DNA of 64,000 nucleotides from Candidatus Peribacteria bacterium. GTDB taxonomy: Bacteria; Patescibacteriota; Gracilibacteria; UBA1369; UBA12463. Below the pieces are notes generated by a model. The model searched no databases. It saw nothing but the letters and a program-made list of their open reading frames with translations, and was not told the DNA's origin. Within the stretch, counting starts at the first letter, position 1. The number at the start of each line of letters is the position of its first letter. The translations under genes were made by a program, and so were the position numbers. Below, one piece after another: positions 1-9,716 of the stretch. The DNA is taken from contig CALRDN010000004.1 in assembly GCA_943354965.1 (NCBI GenBank), forward strand, positions 13,121-77,120. Direction: 5' to 3'.

Positions 1-726
1 ACTCTGCGGATCGACGCTCTGAACAATAATTCTCGGAACCATGAATGACTCATACAAGCCAATTCCCAAGCCCTTATCGTCAAACTTTTGTTTTGGAATA
101 TTCAATTGTATCAATGAATCACCACGTCGAAGTTTCAGCGATAATCCAAGATCCTTTCCACGCTGAACCGATTGTGTGAGAAGTTCCTGAGTAATCACTC
201 CCCTGCTATTGACCTCAACAAGCAAGTCATCTGGTTTGATACCTACGCTCTCCGCCAAACTACCGGATTTAACCTCCTTGATCATATATCCTGTCTTGAT
301 CTGAAGTTGACCGTCTTGAATAGCCGTTAAAATATCCTGCTGATCAATCAAAAGTGGCTTGATACCTACCAAAAATCCAACAAACAAGAGAAATACCGCT
401 AAAAGTATATTAATACAAACACCGGCAGAAACGATCAAAAAACGCTGACGTAGCGTCTTTGATGCGTAACTTCTCGCATTCTTGAGCGCGCCAGGCTCAC
501 TAGGACTCTCCCCGAAAAGTCTCACAAATCCACCAATAGGAAATAAATTGATAGAATACAGTGTCTCGCCAATTTTCTTGCTCCACAAACGAGGAGGAAG
601 ACCAAAACCAAACTCATCGACTCGCACACCGGCCTTCCGTGCAAAATAATAATGTCCAAACTCATGCGCGAGCACGAGGACGGATAATATCGCAATAAAA
701 ACAATAATAGTGAGGAGGATGTGCAT
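1..726 (-). CDS. rseP: RIP metalloprotease RseP (site-2 protease, PDZ), 3' end runs off window
   Basis: Manual translation from ATG 726: MHILLTIIVFIAILSVLVLAHEFGHYYFARKAGVRVDEFGFGLPPRLW (HExxH, FGxG-PP motif); follows frr. Confidence 0.92.
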   Translation of the reverse strand, partial: MHILLTIIVFIAILSVLVLAHEFGHYYFARKAGVRVDEFGFGLPPRLWSKKIGETLYSINLFPIGGFVRLFGESPSEPGALKNARSYASKTLRQRFLIVSAGVCINILLAVFLLFVGFLVGIKPLLIDQQDILTAIQDGQLQIKTGYMIKEVKSGSLAESVGIKPDDLLVEVNSRGVITQELLTQSVQRGKDLGLSLKLRRGDSLIQLNIPKQKFDDKGLGIGLYESFMVPRIIVQSVDPQS

Positions 727-767
727 GGGAGTGAGGTAGAGGGGTGAGGGACTTTACAAATGAAATA

Positions 768-1328
768 TTACACGGTCATTATATCTTGTTCCTTCTTTTT
801 TGCTATGCTATCTATCTCATTATTGGCGTGGTCTACGAATCCCTGGAGCTCCTTTGTAGCGCCAAAATATTCATCCTCGGAGATCTCACTGTCTTTCTTC
901 ATAGCGTTAAGAGTGTTGTTCACGTCTTGTCGTATATTGCGAACCGCGATCTTCCCATCTTCAGCATATCGACCAACAACCTTGACCAACTCCTTTCGTC
1001 GCTCCTCGGTAAGTGGCGGAATATTAATACGGATGACAATACCATCATTATTTGGCATAAGTCCGATATTTGCCATTTGAATTCCCTTCTCGATAGCCGT
1101 GAGTAATGCCCTGTCCCATGGCTGAATCTGAATCGTTTTCGCATCAGGAACCGACACACTGGCAACGCTCTTCAATGGCTGCAAAGAGCCATAAGCATCG
1201 ACTCGGACCTCTTCGACGAGAGCAGGGCTAGCTCTACCGACCTGCAAACGAGAAAATTCATCTTTGAGGTGAGAAATTGCCTTGAGCATGAGATCATGAG
1301 CGCCATGAATAATTTCCTGTGAAGTCAT
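768..1328 (-). CDS. frr: Ribosome recycling factor
   Basis: GRASPAL, IQPWD, NNDGIVIRINIPPLTEERRKELVK, VRNIR motifs; downstream of pyrH. Confidence 0.97.
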   Translation of the reverse strand: MTSQEIIHGAHDLMLKAISHLKDEFSRLQVGRASPALVEEVRVDAYGSLQPLKSVASVSVPDAKTIQIQPWDRALLTAIEKGIQMANIGLMPNNDGIVIRINIPPLTEERRKELVKVVGRYAEDGKIAVRNIRQDVNNTLNAMKKDSEISEDEYFGATKELQGFVDHANNEIDSIAKKKEQDIMTV

Positions 1329-1370
1329 AAAAATAAGTAGTAAAAAGGTAAAAGGTACAAAAAATGAATA

Positions 1371-2093
1371 CTATGAGATAGTCGTTCCCACCTGCTCTCC
1401 ACGAACAACCTTCATAAGGTTCTCATCCTTTTGCATATTGAAAACAATAATAGGAAGCTTGTTATCCATGCAAAGTGAAACAGCCGTAAGATCCATAACT
1501 TCCAAGCCAAGCTCCAATACCTGCTGATACGAAACATCCTTGAACTTCTTGGCATCTTCGTGCTTTTTCGGATCCTTGTCGCAAACATAATCAACCTTCG
1601 TCGCTTTCAAGAAAACATGGCACTGTAACTCAAGAGCACGCAACGCAGCCGCAGAGTCAGTAGTGAAATATGGACTTCCCGTCCCACCCGCACACAAAAC
1701 AACATCATGGGTAGCAAAAGCCTCTCTCGCTTTTTGCGGAGTATAGGCATCCAAAACAGATGGCATAGGCAGGGCGGAAAAAGCCTTTGCACTCACTCCG
1801 AGTGATTTCAGTTTTTCCTGCATGGCAACCGCATTCATGACCGTAGCAATCATTCCCATGCTATCGGAAATAGTCCTATCCAGAGCAAGCTCCTTCTGAT
1901 CACGAAATCTCCAAAAGTTCCCTCCTCCAACAACAAGTGCCACCTGCACACCACTAACCGTCACCTCCTGAATACTTTTACATAAATGCTCTATTGTCGC
2001 TCCATCAATGCCGAACTGCTGCTGCCCTGCAAGCACCTCTCCTGAGAGTTTCAACATGATGCGATGATACGGAACCGATTTCTTATTACTCAT
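1371..2093 (-). CDS. pyrH: UMP kinase
   Basis: KLSGE, VVGGGNFWR, GTGSPYFTTDSAAALRA, VMDLTA motifs. Confidence 0.97.
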   Translation of the reverse strand: MSNKKSVPYHRIMLKLSGEVLAGQQQFGIDGATIEHLCKSIQEVTVSGVQVALVVGGGNFWRFRDQKELALDRTISDSMGMIATVMNAVAMQEKLKSLGVSAKAFSALPMPSVLDAYTPQKAREAFATHDVVLCAGGTGSPYFTTDSAAALRALELQCHVFLKATKVDYVCDKDPKKHEDAKKFKDVSYQQVLELGLEVMDLTAVSLCMDNKLPIIVFNMQKDENLMKVVRGEQVGTTIS

Positions 2094-2094
2094 A

Positions 2095-2505
2095 CTAAAA
2101 AAGTTTAAACATTACAAGTGCCACAATCAAACCAATCAAAACACCAACACCAATCATCATAGACTGTTTTTTGGAATCATCAGTATCTTCATGGGCAGAA
2201 GCCAAATCCATAAGCAAATTCGAGTTCATAACAATGTCTTCCTCTGCATGGTTCTTCAAAACCTCCTCAAAGTTATGGGTCGCCACTAATTGAACAAACT
2301 TATCAAATCGAACCTTCACTAAATCCCCCGGCTCACGGTCCTCGGCGGGAGCGCTCACAATACCCTCTTCAATCGTATCATCTTCGCTGATTTCACTGAC
2401 CTGAAAACCAATATCTCCACTCGGAACCTCTACGTCGCGAATCTGCCTGCCTGTTTTTTTACCATTTCGATTCAAGCTATTCTCATCAATTCGAATTTCG
2501 CGCAT
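2095..2505 (-). CDS. Acidic hypothetical protein with C-terminal membrane anchor
   Basis: 136-aa ORF abutting pyrH start; hydrophobic C-terminus MMIGVGVLIGLIVALVMF. Confidence 0.75.
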   Translation of the reverse strand: MREIRIDENSLNRNGKKTGRQIRDVEVPSGDIGFQVSEISEDDTIEEGIVSAPAEDREPGDLVKVRFDKFVQLVATHNFEEVLKNHAEEDIVMNSNLLMDLASAHEDTDDSKKQSMMIGVGVLIGLIVALVMFKLF

Positions 2506-2570
2506 AAAAATGAGGGTTTAATACAAATACCAAATACGAACGTACGATACCAAAACGCGCCAAAAAGAGC

Positions 2571-2608
2571 AAAAAAATAAGCCACTGATATTTGTAGTAT
2601 CAATGACT
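2571..2608 (-). terminator. Intrinsic terminator after DEAD helicase
   Basis: Minus-strand stem AGTCATTGATA/TATCAGTGGCT with GU pairs followed by T-run. Confidence 0.7.
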
Positions 2609-2628
2609 CATTCTGATATTTTCGATAA

Positions 2629-3918
2629 TTACTCTACGAACGTGAGAGCAATACCCGTCTTGTTTGCACGACCGGTACGACCGATTCGGTGTACGTAGTC
2701 TTCATATGTCTGAGGAATATCAAAGTTGATAACATGTGAAACATTTGGAATATCGATACCTCGAGCAGCTACGTCGGTAGCAACGAGAATTTTAATCTTC
2801 TCTGCCTTGAAATCATTGAGAGCCTGCTGACGCTTGGATTGAGGCTTGTCTCCATGGATGGATGCAACCTTGTGACCTAATTTTGCGAGCATGACACATA
2901 ATTTTTCAACACCATGCTTGGTACGTCCGAAAATCAATACCTTTCCAAATTCAGGCTTCATCAAAAGCTCATGGAGAACCTCGAGCTTCTTCTCTTTGTT
3001 TGGAACACGGATAATATCCTGATCAACACTTGCGGCTGTATCACCTGACTTAACCGAGATAGAGATATGTTCAGCTCGTAAGAATGTTCGGATCAAAACC
3101 TCAATCTCCTTCGAAATCGTTGCAGAGAAGAAAAGTGAGTGACGCTCTTTCGGCATCAAGCCAATCAAGAATCGGATATCAGCGATAAAGCCCATGTCGA
3201 CCATACGATCCGCCTCGTCCAAGATAATATTTTGGAACTGAGAAAGGTCGATACATCGTTGTTCAATCAAATCTCTCAAACGACCAGGCGTACCAATAAC
3301 AAAGTTCGGATTGTATCGAAGATCACGTTTCTGAAGTCCCATACTTGCGCCTCCAATACAGAGTGCTGCACGTAAACCAGATCGATCAGCAAACGTATGG
3401 AACTCATCCAAAATCTGCTGTCCAAGCTCACGAGTAGGAACGACGATAAGTGCACGTTCGTTCTTGTTATGAAAAACCTTATTAATAAGAGGAATCAAAA
3501 ATGCCGCCGTCTTGCCAGTGCCCGTATTGGCGATACCTACGACGTCCTTACCCTGTAAGATATGAGGAATAGCCTGATCCTGAATAGGAGTCGTAGACTC
3601 AAATCCTTTTTTCACGATATTCTCCTTAAGCTTAGGATGGATATCGAAGTCGGCGAACTTATTCTTGGAAATATATGCCGCCTCAGCCACAACGGGCTTA
3701 GCTTTATTAACAAATCGGTTAATATCGATTCGTGGACCGCCTTTAGAGAATCGGCTAGGTGAACGTCCACCAAAACCTCCGCTACGTCCTCCACCGCGAC
3801 TAAAACCTCCACGGCTACCGCCTGCGCGGCCTCCTGGGGCTCGACTACCACTACTTGCACCGCCAAATGATGTGCGTCCTGTGCTTGCTGAACTTGAACT
3901 GACTCTTTTTCTGAACAT
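2629..3918 (-). CDS. DEAD-box RNA helicase with N-terminal RGG-rich extension
   Basis: Q motif TPIQ, ANTGTGKT, PTREL, DEAD, SAT, HRIGRTGR. Confidence 0.96.
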   Translation of the reverse strand: MFRKRVSSSSASTGRTSFGGASSGSRAPGGRAGGSRGGFSRGGGRSGGFGGRSPSRFSKGGPRIDINRFVNKAKPVVAEAAYISKNKFADFDIHPKLKENIVKKGFESTTPIQDQAIPHILQGKDVVGIANTGTGKTAAFLIPLINKVFHNKNERALIVVPTRELGQQILDEFHTFADRSGLRAALCIGGASMGLQKRDLRYNPNFVIGTPGRLRDLIEQRCIDLSQFQNIILDEADRMVDMGFIADIRFLIGLMPKERHSLFFSATISKEIEVLIRTFLRAEHISISVKSGDTAASVDQDIIRVPNKEKKLEVLHELLMKPEFGKVLIFGRTKHGVEKLCVMLAKLGHKVASIHGDKPQSKRQQALNDFKAEKIKILVATDVAARGIDIPNVSHVINFDIPQTYEDYVHRIGRTGRANKTGIALTFVE

Positions 3919-3968
3919 GTAATACTTTTTTTTAAGGACTTGTAATCTATCCTATAAATATACATGTG

Positions 3969-5087
3969 TCAAGTATCAATACCTACCGCCTGGGACACGT
4001 GGGTAAAACCATCTTTTTTGAGAAGCTGAACAAGGCCGAGCTGAATCTCGCTCATAAGTTGCGGTCCTTGGTAGATCATACCAGTGATAAGTTCAAGTAA
4101 ATTCGCCCCAAGACGAATCTTTCGATATGCATCCTCTGCTGAAAAAATACCCCCTACGCCAATAATAAGGAATCTACCCTGCGAACGGCGATATACATAG
4201 GCTATCTGCTCATCCGTAAGTGGCTCTACCACCTTGCCACTAATACCACCGACTCCCGGAACAAAATCTTTCGGATTAATTGTCGCCAAGTCACGTCTCT
4301 TGCTTAAATTAGTACAAACAAAGCCGTCTACATGGTGCTGAGAAGCAATATCAAGAATCTTATCAAGCTGCTCACGGGTAAGATCCGGGGAGATTTTGAT
4401 AAAAATTGGCTTCTCGGTAGGTACAGCATCGAGCGCTATCAACAATCGATTCAAATTCTCCGGCTCATGAAATGGCTGACCGCTGGTAACGTTCGGACAA
4501 CTGATATTGATAGTGAAAAAAGAAGCGATATCCAAGAACTTCTTGAATGTCTCTACGTAATCAGCAATACCAATTGCCACATCATTCGTCTCCCTGCAGT
4601 TCGTCTTGGCAATATTAATCGAAACGGGGATATCAAAAATCTGGCGGTCCAGCTTCCGCGAGATAGCCTCAGCACCTATATTCTTTAGGCCGTAATTGAT
4701 GACCAGAGCGCGCGAGGCGGGCATTCTCCATAAATGCTTGCCAGGATTACCCTCATACGCCCGCGCCGTCACCGACCCTACCTCCATAAATCCAAACCCA
4801 ACCTCAGGCATAATCCGAGTAGTAACCGCATTCTTATCAAATCCCCCACTCAATCCAATGGGATTCTCAAAAACAACATTCATAAATACTTGGCGCAACA
4901 TCGGATCGTTCGGCGAAGCAAATAAGAGAGATGTAATAAATCTGGTCAGGCGAAATGAGCCTAAAACCGTCCCGAATCGTATCATTCCCTCATGCACCCT
5001 CTCCGGATCAAATATGAAGAATATCGGCTTCAAAAGAGTCCGATACAACCACCCTAATACCATATTTCTAGCTTCAATCGTTCTCAT
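3969..5087 (-). CDS. pyrD: Dihydroorotate dehydrogenase, class 2 (quinone)
   Basis: DPERVHE N-terminal extension, NPIGLSGGFDKN, NISCPN, KISPDL, GGISG, GVGGI. Confidence 0.92.
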   Translation of the reverse strand: MRTIEARNMVLGWLYRTLLKPIFFIFDPERVHEGMIRFGTVLGSFRLTRFITSLLFASPNDPMLRQVFMNVVFENPIGLSGGFDKNAVTTRIMPEVGFGFMEVGSVTARAYEGNPGKHLWRMPASRALVINYGLKNIGAEAISRKLDRQIFDIPVSINIAKTNCRETNDVAIGIADYVETFKKFLDIASFFTINISCPNVTSGQPFHEPENLNRLLIALDAVPTEKPIFIKISPDLTREQLDKILDIASQHHVDGFVCTNLSKRRDLATINPKDFVPGVGGISGKVVEPLTDEQIAYVYRRSQGRFLIIGVGGIFSAEDAYRKIRLGANLLELITGMIYQGPQLMSEIQLGLVQLLKKDGFTHVSQAVGIDT

Positions 5088-5138
5088 AGCCCAAGTATAG
5101 CCCTATCGAACTGGTGTTTAAAGCAAAAATATGATATA

Positions 5139-6650
5139 ATGACAAGAAGATTTTCTATTAAAAATCACATGGCAGATTTACCTATTCCGGAAGCAAAACC
5201 AGAGAAAAAAACAGCGCAGGAAATACTTGACCTACAGGCCCTCAAAAAGGGGGTCGACAAGGTAAAAGCTCGTAAAAAATATACCGACAGGCACGGTGCT
5301 GATTCATTAAAAACAGAGGTAAACACCAAAAAAGAACAAGAAGAGTTGCGAGCAAAAATAGAAGCAGAAATGGACGAGGAACTCGCCAGAAAAGATCTGA
5401 ACGGAGACCCCGTTGTAGAAAATTTGAAGGTAAAGTCAAAAGTCGAAACGGAGATAAAAAAACTCAAAGGAGTTGAAAAAGTCATTAGCCAAATTGACAC
5501 ATTGAATGACATCAGAAATCTCGACGCCAAGACACTTATTGAACTGGAAAATAAGTATCCGGGGATTTTGATGTACTCCTTCACTGATCGGGCTGATGAG
5601 GTAGCAAAAAAGAATTACGAAAAAATAGATCTCGCACAGTGGACGGATTATACAAATCCAAAACCGGGAAAAAAACTCAAGATAAACTTCCACGGAAATC
5701 CCTACGCCGAAAATGAAATTGGTGCAGCGGATCTCCTCCCTCCGACCATCAGAAAAGTAACAGCCTATACAGAAAACGATCCAAGCAACAAACGCACAAG
5801 CGAGAGACGTATTGGAATGAAAGGAGAGAATAAAAAAGGAAGAGGCTTCTTTGACCAAGAGGGTTATATCGCCATATATAGCGAAGATATCGTCATTATC
5901 GGTGGAGAAAAAGAACCGGAAAAAGGAGTAGAAATGGATTTTATGAAAAAGTACCTAGAAAAATCAAATACTCCAAAAAGCGATAATCCGGAGGAACAAC
6001 ACGCTGCGGCAGAAAAACAATATGCCATCGAGCAGGAAAAGGGAGACGCAGAATGGCTCGCCATGCTAGAGAAAAAAAATCCACACTACCAAAAACAGAA
6101 AAAAATGTCAGATGAAGACATATCTGCCCTAGTAGGAAATATCGAATCAACCGGCACAGGGAAAAAAGTCGTAGAAACCATCGTAGCATCTATCAAGTCG
6201 GGATACCGAACACCGCCATTCGACAAGCGCCCAGGTGGAGTAAAGGGTTGCTGTTTCTATTGGGTCGACCACATCTACAAAGAAGCCGGAGTAAAAAGAA
6301 AAATGGTATACAACAGCTTAAATCAATATCAAGGACAGGATTGCGGTGATAAACACGCCGACAAGTTTATGTTAGATCAAATCAAACCTGGAGATCATAT
6401 TTTCTACAATCAGGAACGTCACTACGTTCAAGAGCATAAGGTGAACAAAAAAGGTAAACCATTGCATGCCGTCGATGAAAATGGAAATCACAGTGCCGTC
6501 TTTATCGGCTGGATTGGACCGCAAGAAAATCACCAAGCTCAAATGGCGAGCGCCTCAGCAGGCACGCTCGGAAGATTTCATTCAGATCCGGTAGATTTCA
6601 ATAAAATGCCGGTGACGAGAATATACAAACCCGTGCCAAAAAGAGGATAG
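5139..6650 (+). CDS. Hypothetical protein, coiled-coil N-terminus, possible NlpC/P60-like C-terminal domain
   Basis: 503-aa ORF (start may be ATG 5169); C-terminal GCCFYWVDHIYKEAG...PGDHIFY...HSAVFIG pattern. Confidence 0.7.
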   Translation: MTRRFSIKNHMADLPIPEAKPEKKTAQEILDLQALKKGVDKVKARKKYTDRHGADSLKTEVNTKKEQEELRAKIEAEMDEELARKDLNGDPVVENLKVKSKVETEIKKLKGVEKVISQIDTLNDIRNLDAKTLIELENKYPGILMYSFTDRADEVAKKNYEKIDLAQWTDYTNPKPGKKLKINFHGNPYAENEIGAADLLPPTIRKVTAYTENDPSNKRTSERRIGMKGENKKGRGFFDQEGYIAIYSEDIVIIGGEKEPEKGVEMDFMKKYLEKSNTPKSDNPEEQHAAAEKQYAIEQEKGDAEWLAMLEKKNPHYQKQKKMSDEDISALVGNIESTGTGKKVVETIVASIKSGYRTPPFDKRPGGVKGCCFYWVDHIYKEAGVKRKMVYNSLNQYQGQDCGDKHADKFMLDQIKPGDHIFYNQERHYVQEHKVNKKGKPLHAVDENGNHSAVFIGWIGPQENHQAQMASASAGTLGRFHSDPVDFNKMPVTRIYKPVPKRG

Positions 6651-6720
6651 ATCACGGACATACCACTGAATTAAGGAGGAATAGAATTCAAATAAGATTT
6701 GGAAAATTTCACAAATAGAC

Positions 6721-6771
6721 TTGCAAAATAATGATATTTTCTCTATCCTAAACGCAACTATATTGCGTTTA
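6721..6771 (+). promoter_or_regulatory. Sigma70 promoter with adjacent 9-5-9 palindromic operator (Zur/Fur-like)
   Basis: TTGCAA-17-TATCCT (6721-6749); TAAACGCAA-CTATA-TTGCGTTTA (6749-6771) just before a Zn-binding lipoprotein gene. Confidence 0.7.
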
Positions 6772-6779
6772 AAAATTAT

Positions 6780-7676
6780 ATGTACAAAACTATATCACTT
6801 ATTGCACTCATCTCGGCTATAACACTCGCCGGCTGTAGCAGCCAGGAACAGGTAATAAATTCAAATGCGAATCAATCACTAAAGATAGTAACGAGCTTCT
6901 ACCCTCTCTACGAAATTGCACATCAAATTACAGGAGATCTGGCCACAATCAAAAACATCGTACCGGGAGGGACAGAGCCACACGACTATGAACCAACGGC
7001 AAGAGATATTATCGACATGAGAGAGGCAAACCTCGTCATCTATAACGGGCTGGGGCTGGAACCATGGAAAGATAAAATCATCCCTGACCTTCAAAAAAAC
7101 AACACACAGGTGATACAAATATCCGACCTCTTCAAAAGCACCATCATTGCAAATGACCCGCACCTATGGCTGGATCCCGTACATTACAAAACGGAAGTAG
7201 AAGAAGTAAGTAAAAAAATTATTGAGATGGATCCCCCGCACGCTGATATTTACAAGGCAAACACAGAAAAATTCGTACGGGAGTTGGACGCCCTACATCT
7301 CACCTTCGAAAGTGCTCTCAAAAGCTGCAAATTCGATACATTTATTACAAATCATGGAGCATTCGCATACTTGGCCAAACGATATCACCTCAATATAATT
7401 CCAATTGCGGGACTATCCCCTGACATAGAACCTTCACCAAAAACGATGGCAAACATTACAAATATCATTACACAAAAAGGCATACGGTATATCTTGACCG
7501 AGACACTCGTCAGTCAAAAAATTGCTAATACGTTAGCGAAATCAAGTGGAGCCAAAACCCTTACACTCAACCCACTTGAAGGATTAACCAATGAGGAAAT
7601 CTCAGCTGGGAAAAATTATATCAGTGTCATGAAAGACAACCTGCCAAATCTACGGACCGCACTTGAGTGTACGTAG
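6780..7676 (+). CDS. Zn/Mn ABC transporter substrate-binding lipoprotein (ZnuA/AdcA family)
   Basis: Lipobox LAGC; EPHDYEP, DPHLWLDP, HGAFAYLA, LNPLEG motifs. Confidence 0.93.
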   Translation: MYKTISLIALISAITLAGCSSQEQVINSNANQSLKIVTSFYPLYEIAHQITGDLATIKNIVPGGTEPHDYEPTARDIIDMREANLVIYNGLGLEPWKDKIIPDLQKNNTQVIQISDLFKSTIIANDPHLWLDPVHYKTEVEEVSKKIIEMDPPHADIYKANTEKFVRELDALHLTFESALKSCKFDTFITNHGAFAYLAKRYHLNIIPIAGLSPDIEPSPKTMANITNIITQKGIRYILTETLVSQKIANTLAKSSGAKTLTLNPLEGLTNEEISAGKNYISVMKDNLPNLRTALECT

Positions 7677-7771
7677 AAAAAAATAGTCGTAAAAGGGTAG
7701 TAAAAAGCATTATTTGTGGTATACTCCGCAGGCTTTCCTTTCAAAGATACCTAATTTACAAAGCTACACCC

Positions 7772-9274
7772 ATGGAACACGGCAACGTAATAATCAGATT
7801 TGACCGAGTATCATACTCATATGACAACGAAAAAGTAATCCTCGACGAGTCGAGCTTTTCGGTAAGAGAAAATTCAAAAATAACGATCATGGGACAAAAT
7901 GGAGCGGGAAAAAGTACGATCTTCAAACTCCTTCTGGGAGCAGACGGCACAAAAAATGATGAAGGTGAGGTCGAAACTCTCAAGCCTAACAGAGGAAAAG
8001 TTCACATCACCAACAATGCTACTATTGCTATAGGTCTTCAGGTGATGCCAAGAAAGTTCTTCGAACTAACTATTCTTCAGTATTTCGCTACCGCCTTTTC
8101 AGAAAAAAAACATACATTAGAAAAACTCGTAAAAGACGTACTCGAGGTTGTCCACCTCTCGACGCCTTTTGATAAAAAAATTAAAGACTTCTCCGGAGGA
8201 CAGTTAGCACGCCTACTGCTCGCCTATGCGTTGATTCAAGAACCAGATATTCTCCTGCTTGATGAGCCTACGAACAATCTCGACACGGATGGAATTGACC
8301 ATCTGACAGGCTTTCTCATGGGATATGAAAAAACCGTAATTGTCATTTCCCATGATGCAAACTTCCTGAACGCCTTCACGGAAGGTGTATTGAATCTCGA
8401 TATTTATACCAAAAAAGTTGAGCAGTATGTTGGAGATTACTTCGACGTGGTAGAGCAAATCGCTGCGCAGATCGCCCGTGAAGAACGAAAAAACGCACAG
8501 CTGGAAAAAAACATCCAGGATCGCAAAGACAAAGTAAACTTCTTCTCACACAAGGGTGGAAAGATGCGTAAACTCGCCAGCAAACTTCGCGAAGAGGTAG
8601 AAGAAGACGAGGAGAACAAAGTAGAGGTAAAAAAAGACGACAAAACTATTAGACCGTTCATTATTCCCGTACAGGAGCCATGGTCAGACGTGATGGCAAC
8701 GATTAATTCCGTAGGTGTTATTCAAAACGGAGAACGAAAGGAGAAAAAAACAGACATCAAACTCTGGCGCCGTAACCGTCTTCAGATTCTGGGACCGAAT
8801 GGAATTGGAAAAAGCACACTCCTCCGCGAACTCGCGCTCAGCGAATCAAAAGGAGCCGTGATATCCGACGAGCTCCGAGTTGGATACTATCAACAAGACT
8901 TCTCGGGACTCGACTTCGACAAAACCGTCTACGACTCATTGGCCGAGATGATGGATTACCCAAACCCGAAAGAGATTTATTCCGCAGGGGCACACTTCCT
9001 CCTCACATCAGAATTAATGAAAAACAAGGTTGGCTTCCTCTCTGAGGGTCAAAAAGGTCTCCTCTGCTATGCTCGCTTCGTACTTCAAAAACCAGGACTC
9101 CTCATTCTCGACGAGCCCACAAACCACATCAACTTCCGCCACCTCCCAATCATCGCAAAAGCCATTGATGCCTTTGAAGGTGCAATCATCCTCGTCTCAC
9201 ATATGTCCGAGTTCGTTGAACAAATCAACATCACGGATACGTTGGATTTGGGAACTATTTTGAAGAAGAAGTAA
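7772..9274 (+). CDS. ABC-F family ATPase
   Basis: Two NBDs (GQNGAGKS/FSGGQ/LDEPTN; GPNGIGKS/LSEGQ/LDEPTN), charged linker, no TM segments; ATG 7772 preferred over upstream alternative start. Confidence 0.92.
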   Translation: MEHGNVIIRFDRVSYSYDNEKVILDESSFSVRENSKITIMGQNGAGKSTIFKLLLGADGTKNDEGEVETLKPNRGKVHITNNATIAIGLQVMPRKFFELTILQYFATAFSEKKHTLEKLVKDVLEVVHLSTPFDKKIKDFSGGQLARLLLAYALIQEPDILLLDEPTNNLDTDGIDHLTGFLMGYEKTVIVISHDANFLNAFTEGVLNLDIYTKKVEQYVGDYFDVVEQIAAQIAREERKNAQLEKNIQDRKDKVNFFSHKGGKMRKLASKLREEVEEDEENKVEVKKDDKTIRPFIIPVQEPWSDVMATINSVGVIQNGERKEKKTDIKLWRRNRLQILGPNGIGKSTLLRELALSESKGAVISDELRVGYYQQDFSGLDFDKTVYDSLAEMMDYPNPKEIYSAGAHFLLTSELMKNKVGFLSEGQKGLLCYARFVLQKPGLLILDEPTNHINFRHLPIIAKAIDAFEGAIILVSHMSEFVEQINITDTLDLGTILKKK

Positions 9275-9292
9275 AGATAAGAAAATGGAAAC

Positions 9293-9318
9293 AAAAAAAC
9301 TTCTCACCGAGAAGTTTT
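9293..9318. terminator. Bidirectional intrinsic terminator
   Basis: AAAACTTCTC-ACC-GAGAAGTTTT perfect hairpin. Confidence 0.75.
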
Positions 9319-9321
9319 CCA

Positions 9322-9615
9322 CAAAAAAAGCCTTAAGTTCCAAATAGCACGTTCAGCAGCAGATAAGAGGTTAGAGTAAAAATTATTTCATTACTGAAGT
9401 AATCTTCTACATATCAGGTTATCCCGATATGCAATCTGTCTGCAGCTTCTCCTTAAACACTTAGACCCATCTAAGGTAAGTTTACAGTGGCGATATATTT
9501 TTGGGAAAATATATGACCAGGCTTATTTATGCGATCTGAAGCTTAAGGCACAGCCGGCAAGAAAAACTATTTATTACCGCTTGCGCCCTAAGATTCGTTC
9601 CGTATTTCAATGTAC
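9322..9615 (-). ncRNA. Candidate structured ncRNA (about 290 nt), family not recognised
   Basis: Promoter TTGCTT-16-TATTAT with extended TG (9649-9622); nested stems with GU pairs favouring the minus strand; ends in T7; no ORF. Confidence 0.6.
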
Positions 9616-9716
9616 AGATATATAATACCAGATTTTAGGATAAAAGCAAGCAAAATCTTTCAAAATTCAAAAAATAACAGAAATAAAGCTGAATTAAAGA
9701 GAATAATCGCAAAACC

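Noticed and set aside
7667..9274. ATPase as ZnuC partner of the zinc lipoprotein
   Set aside because: Tandem NBD with DEPTN motifs is ABC-F, and no permease is present
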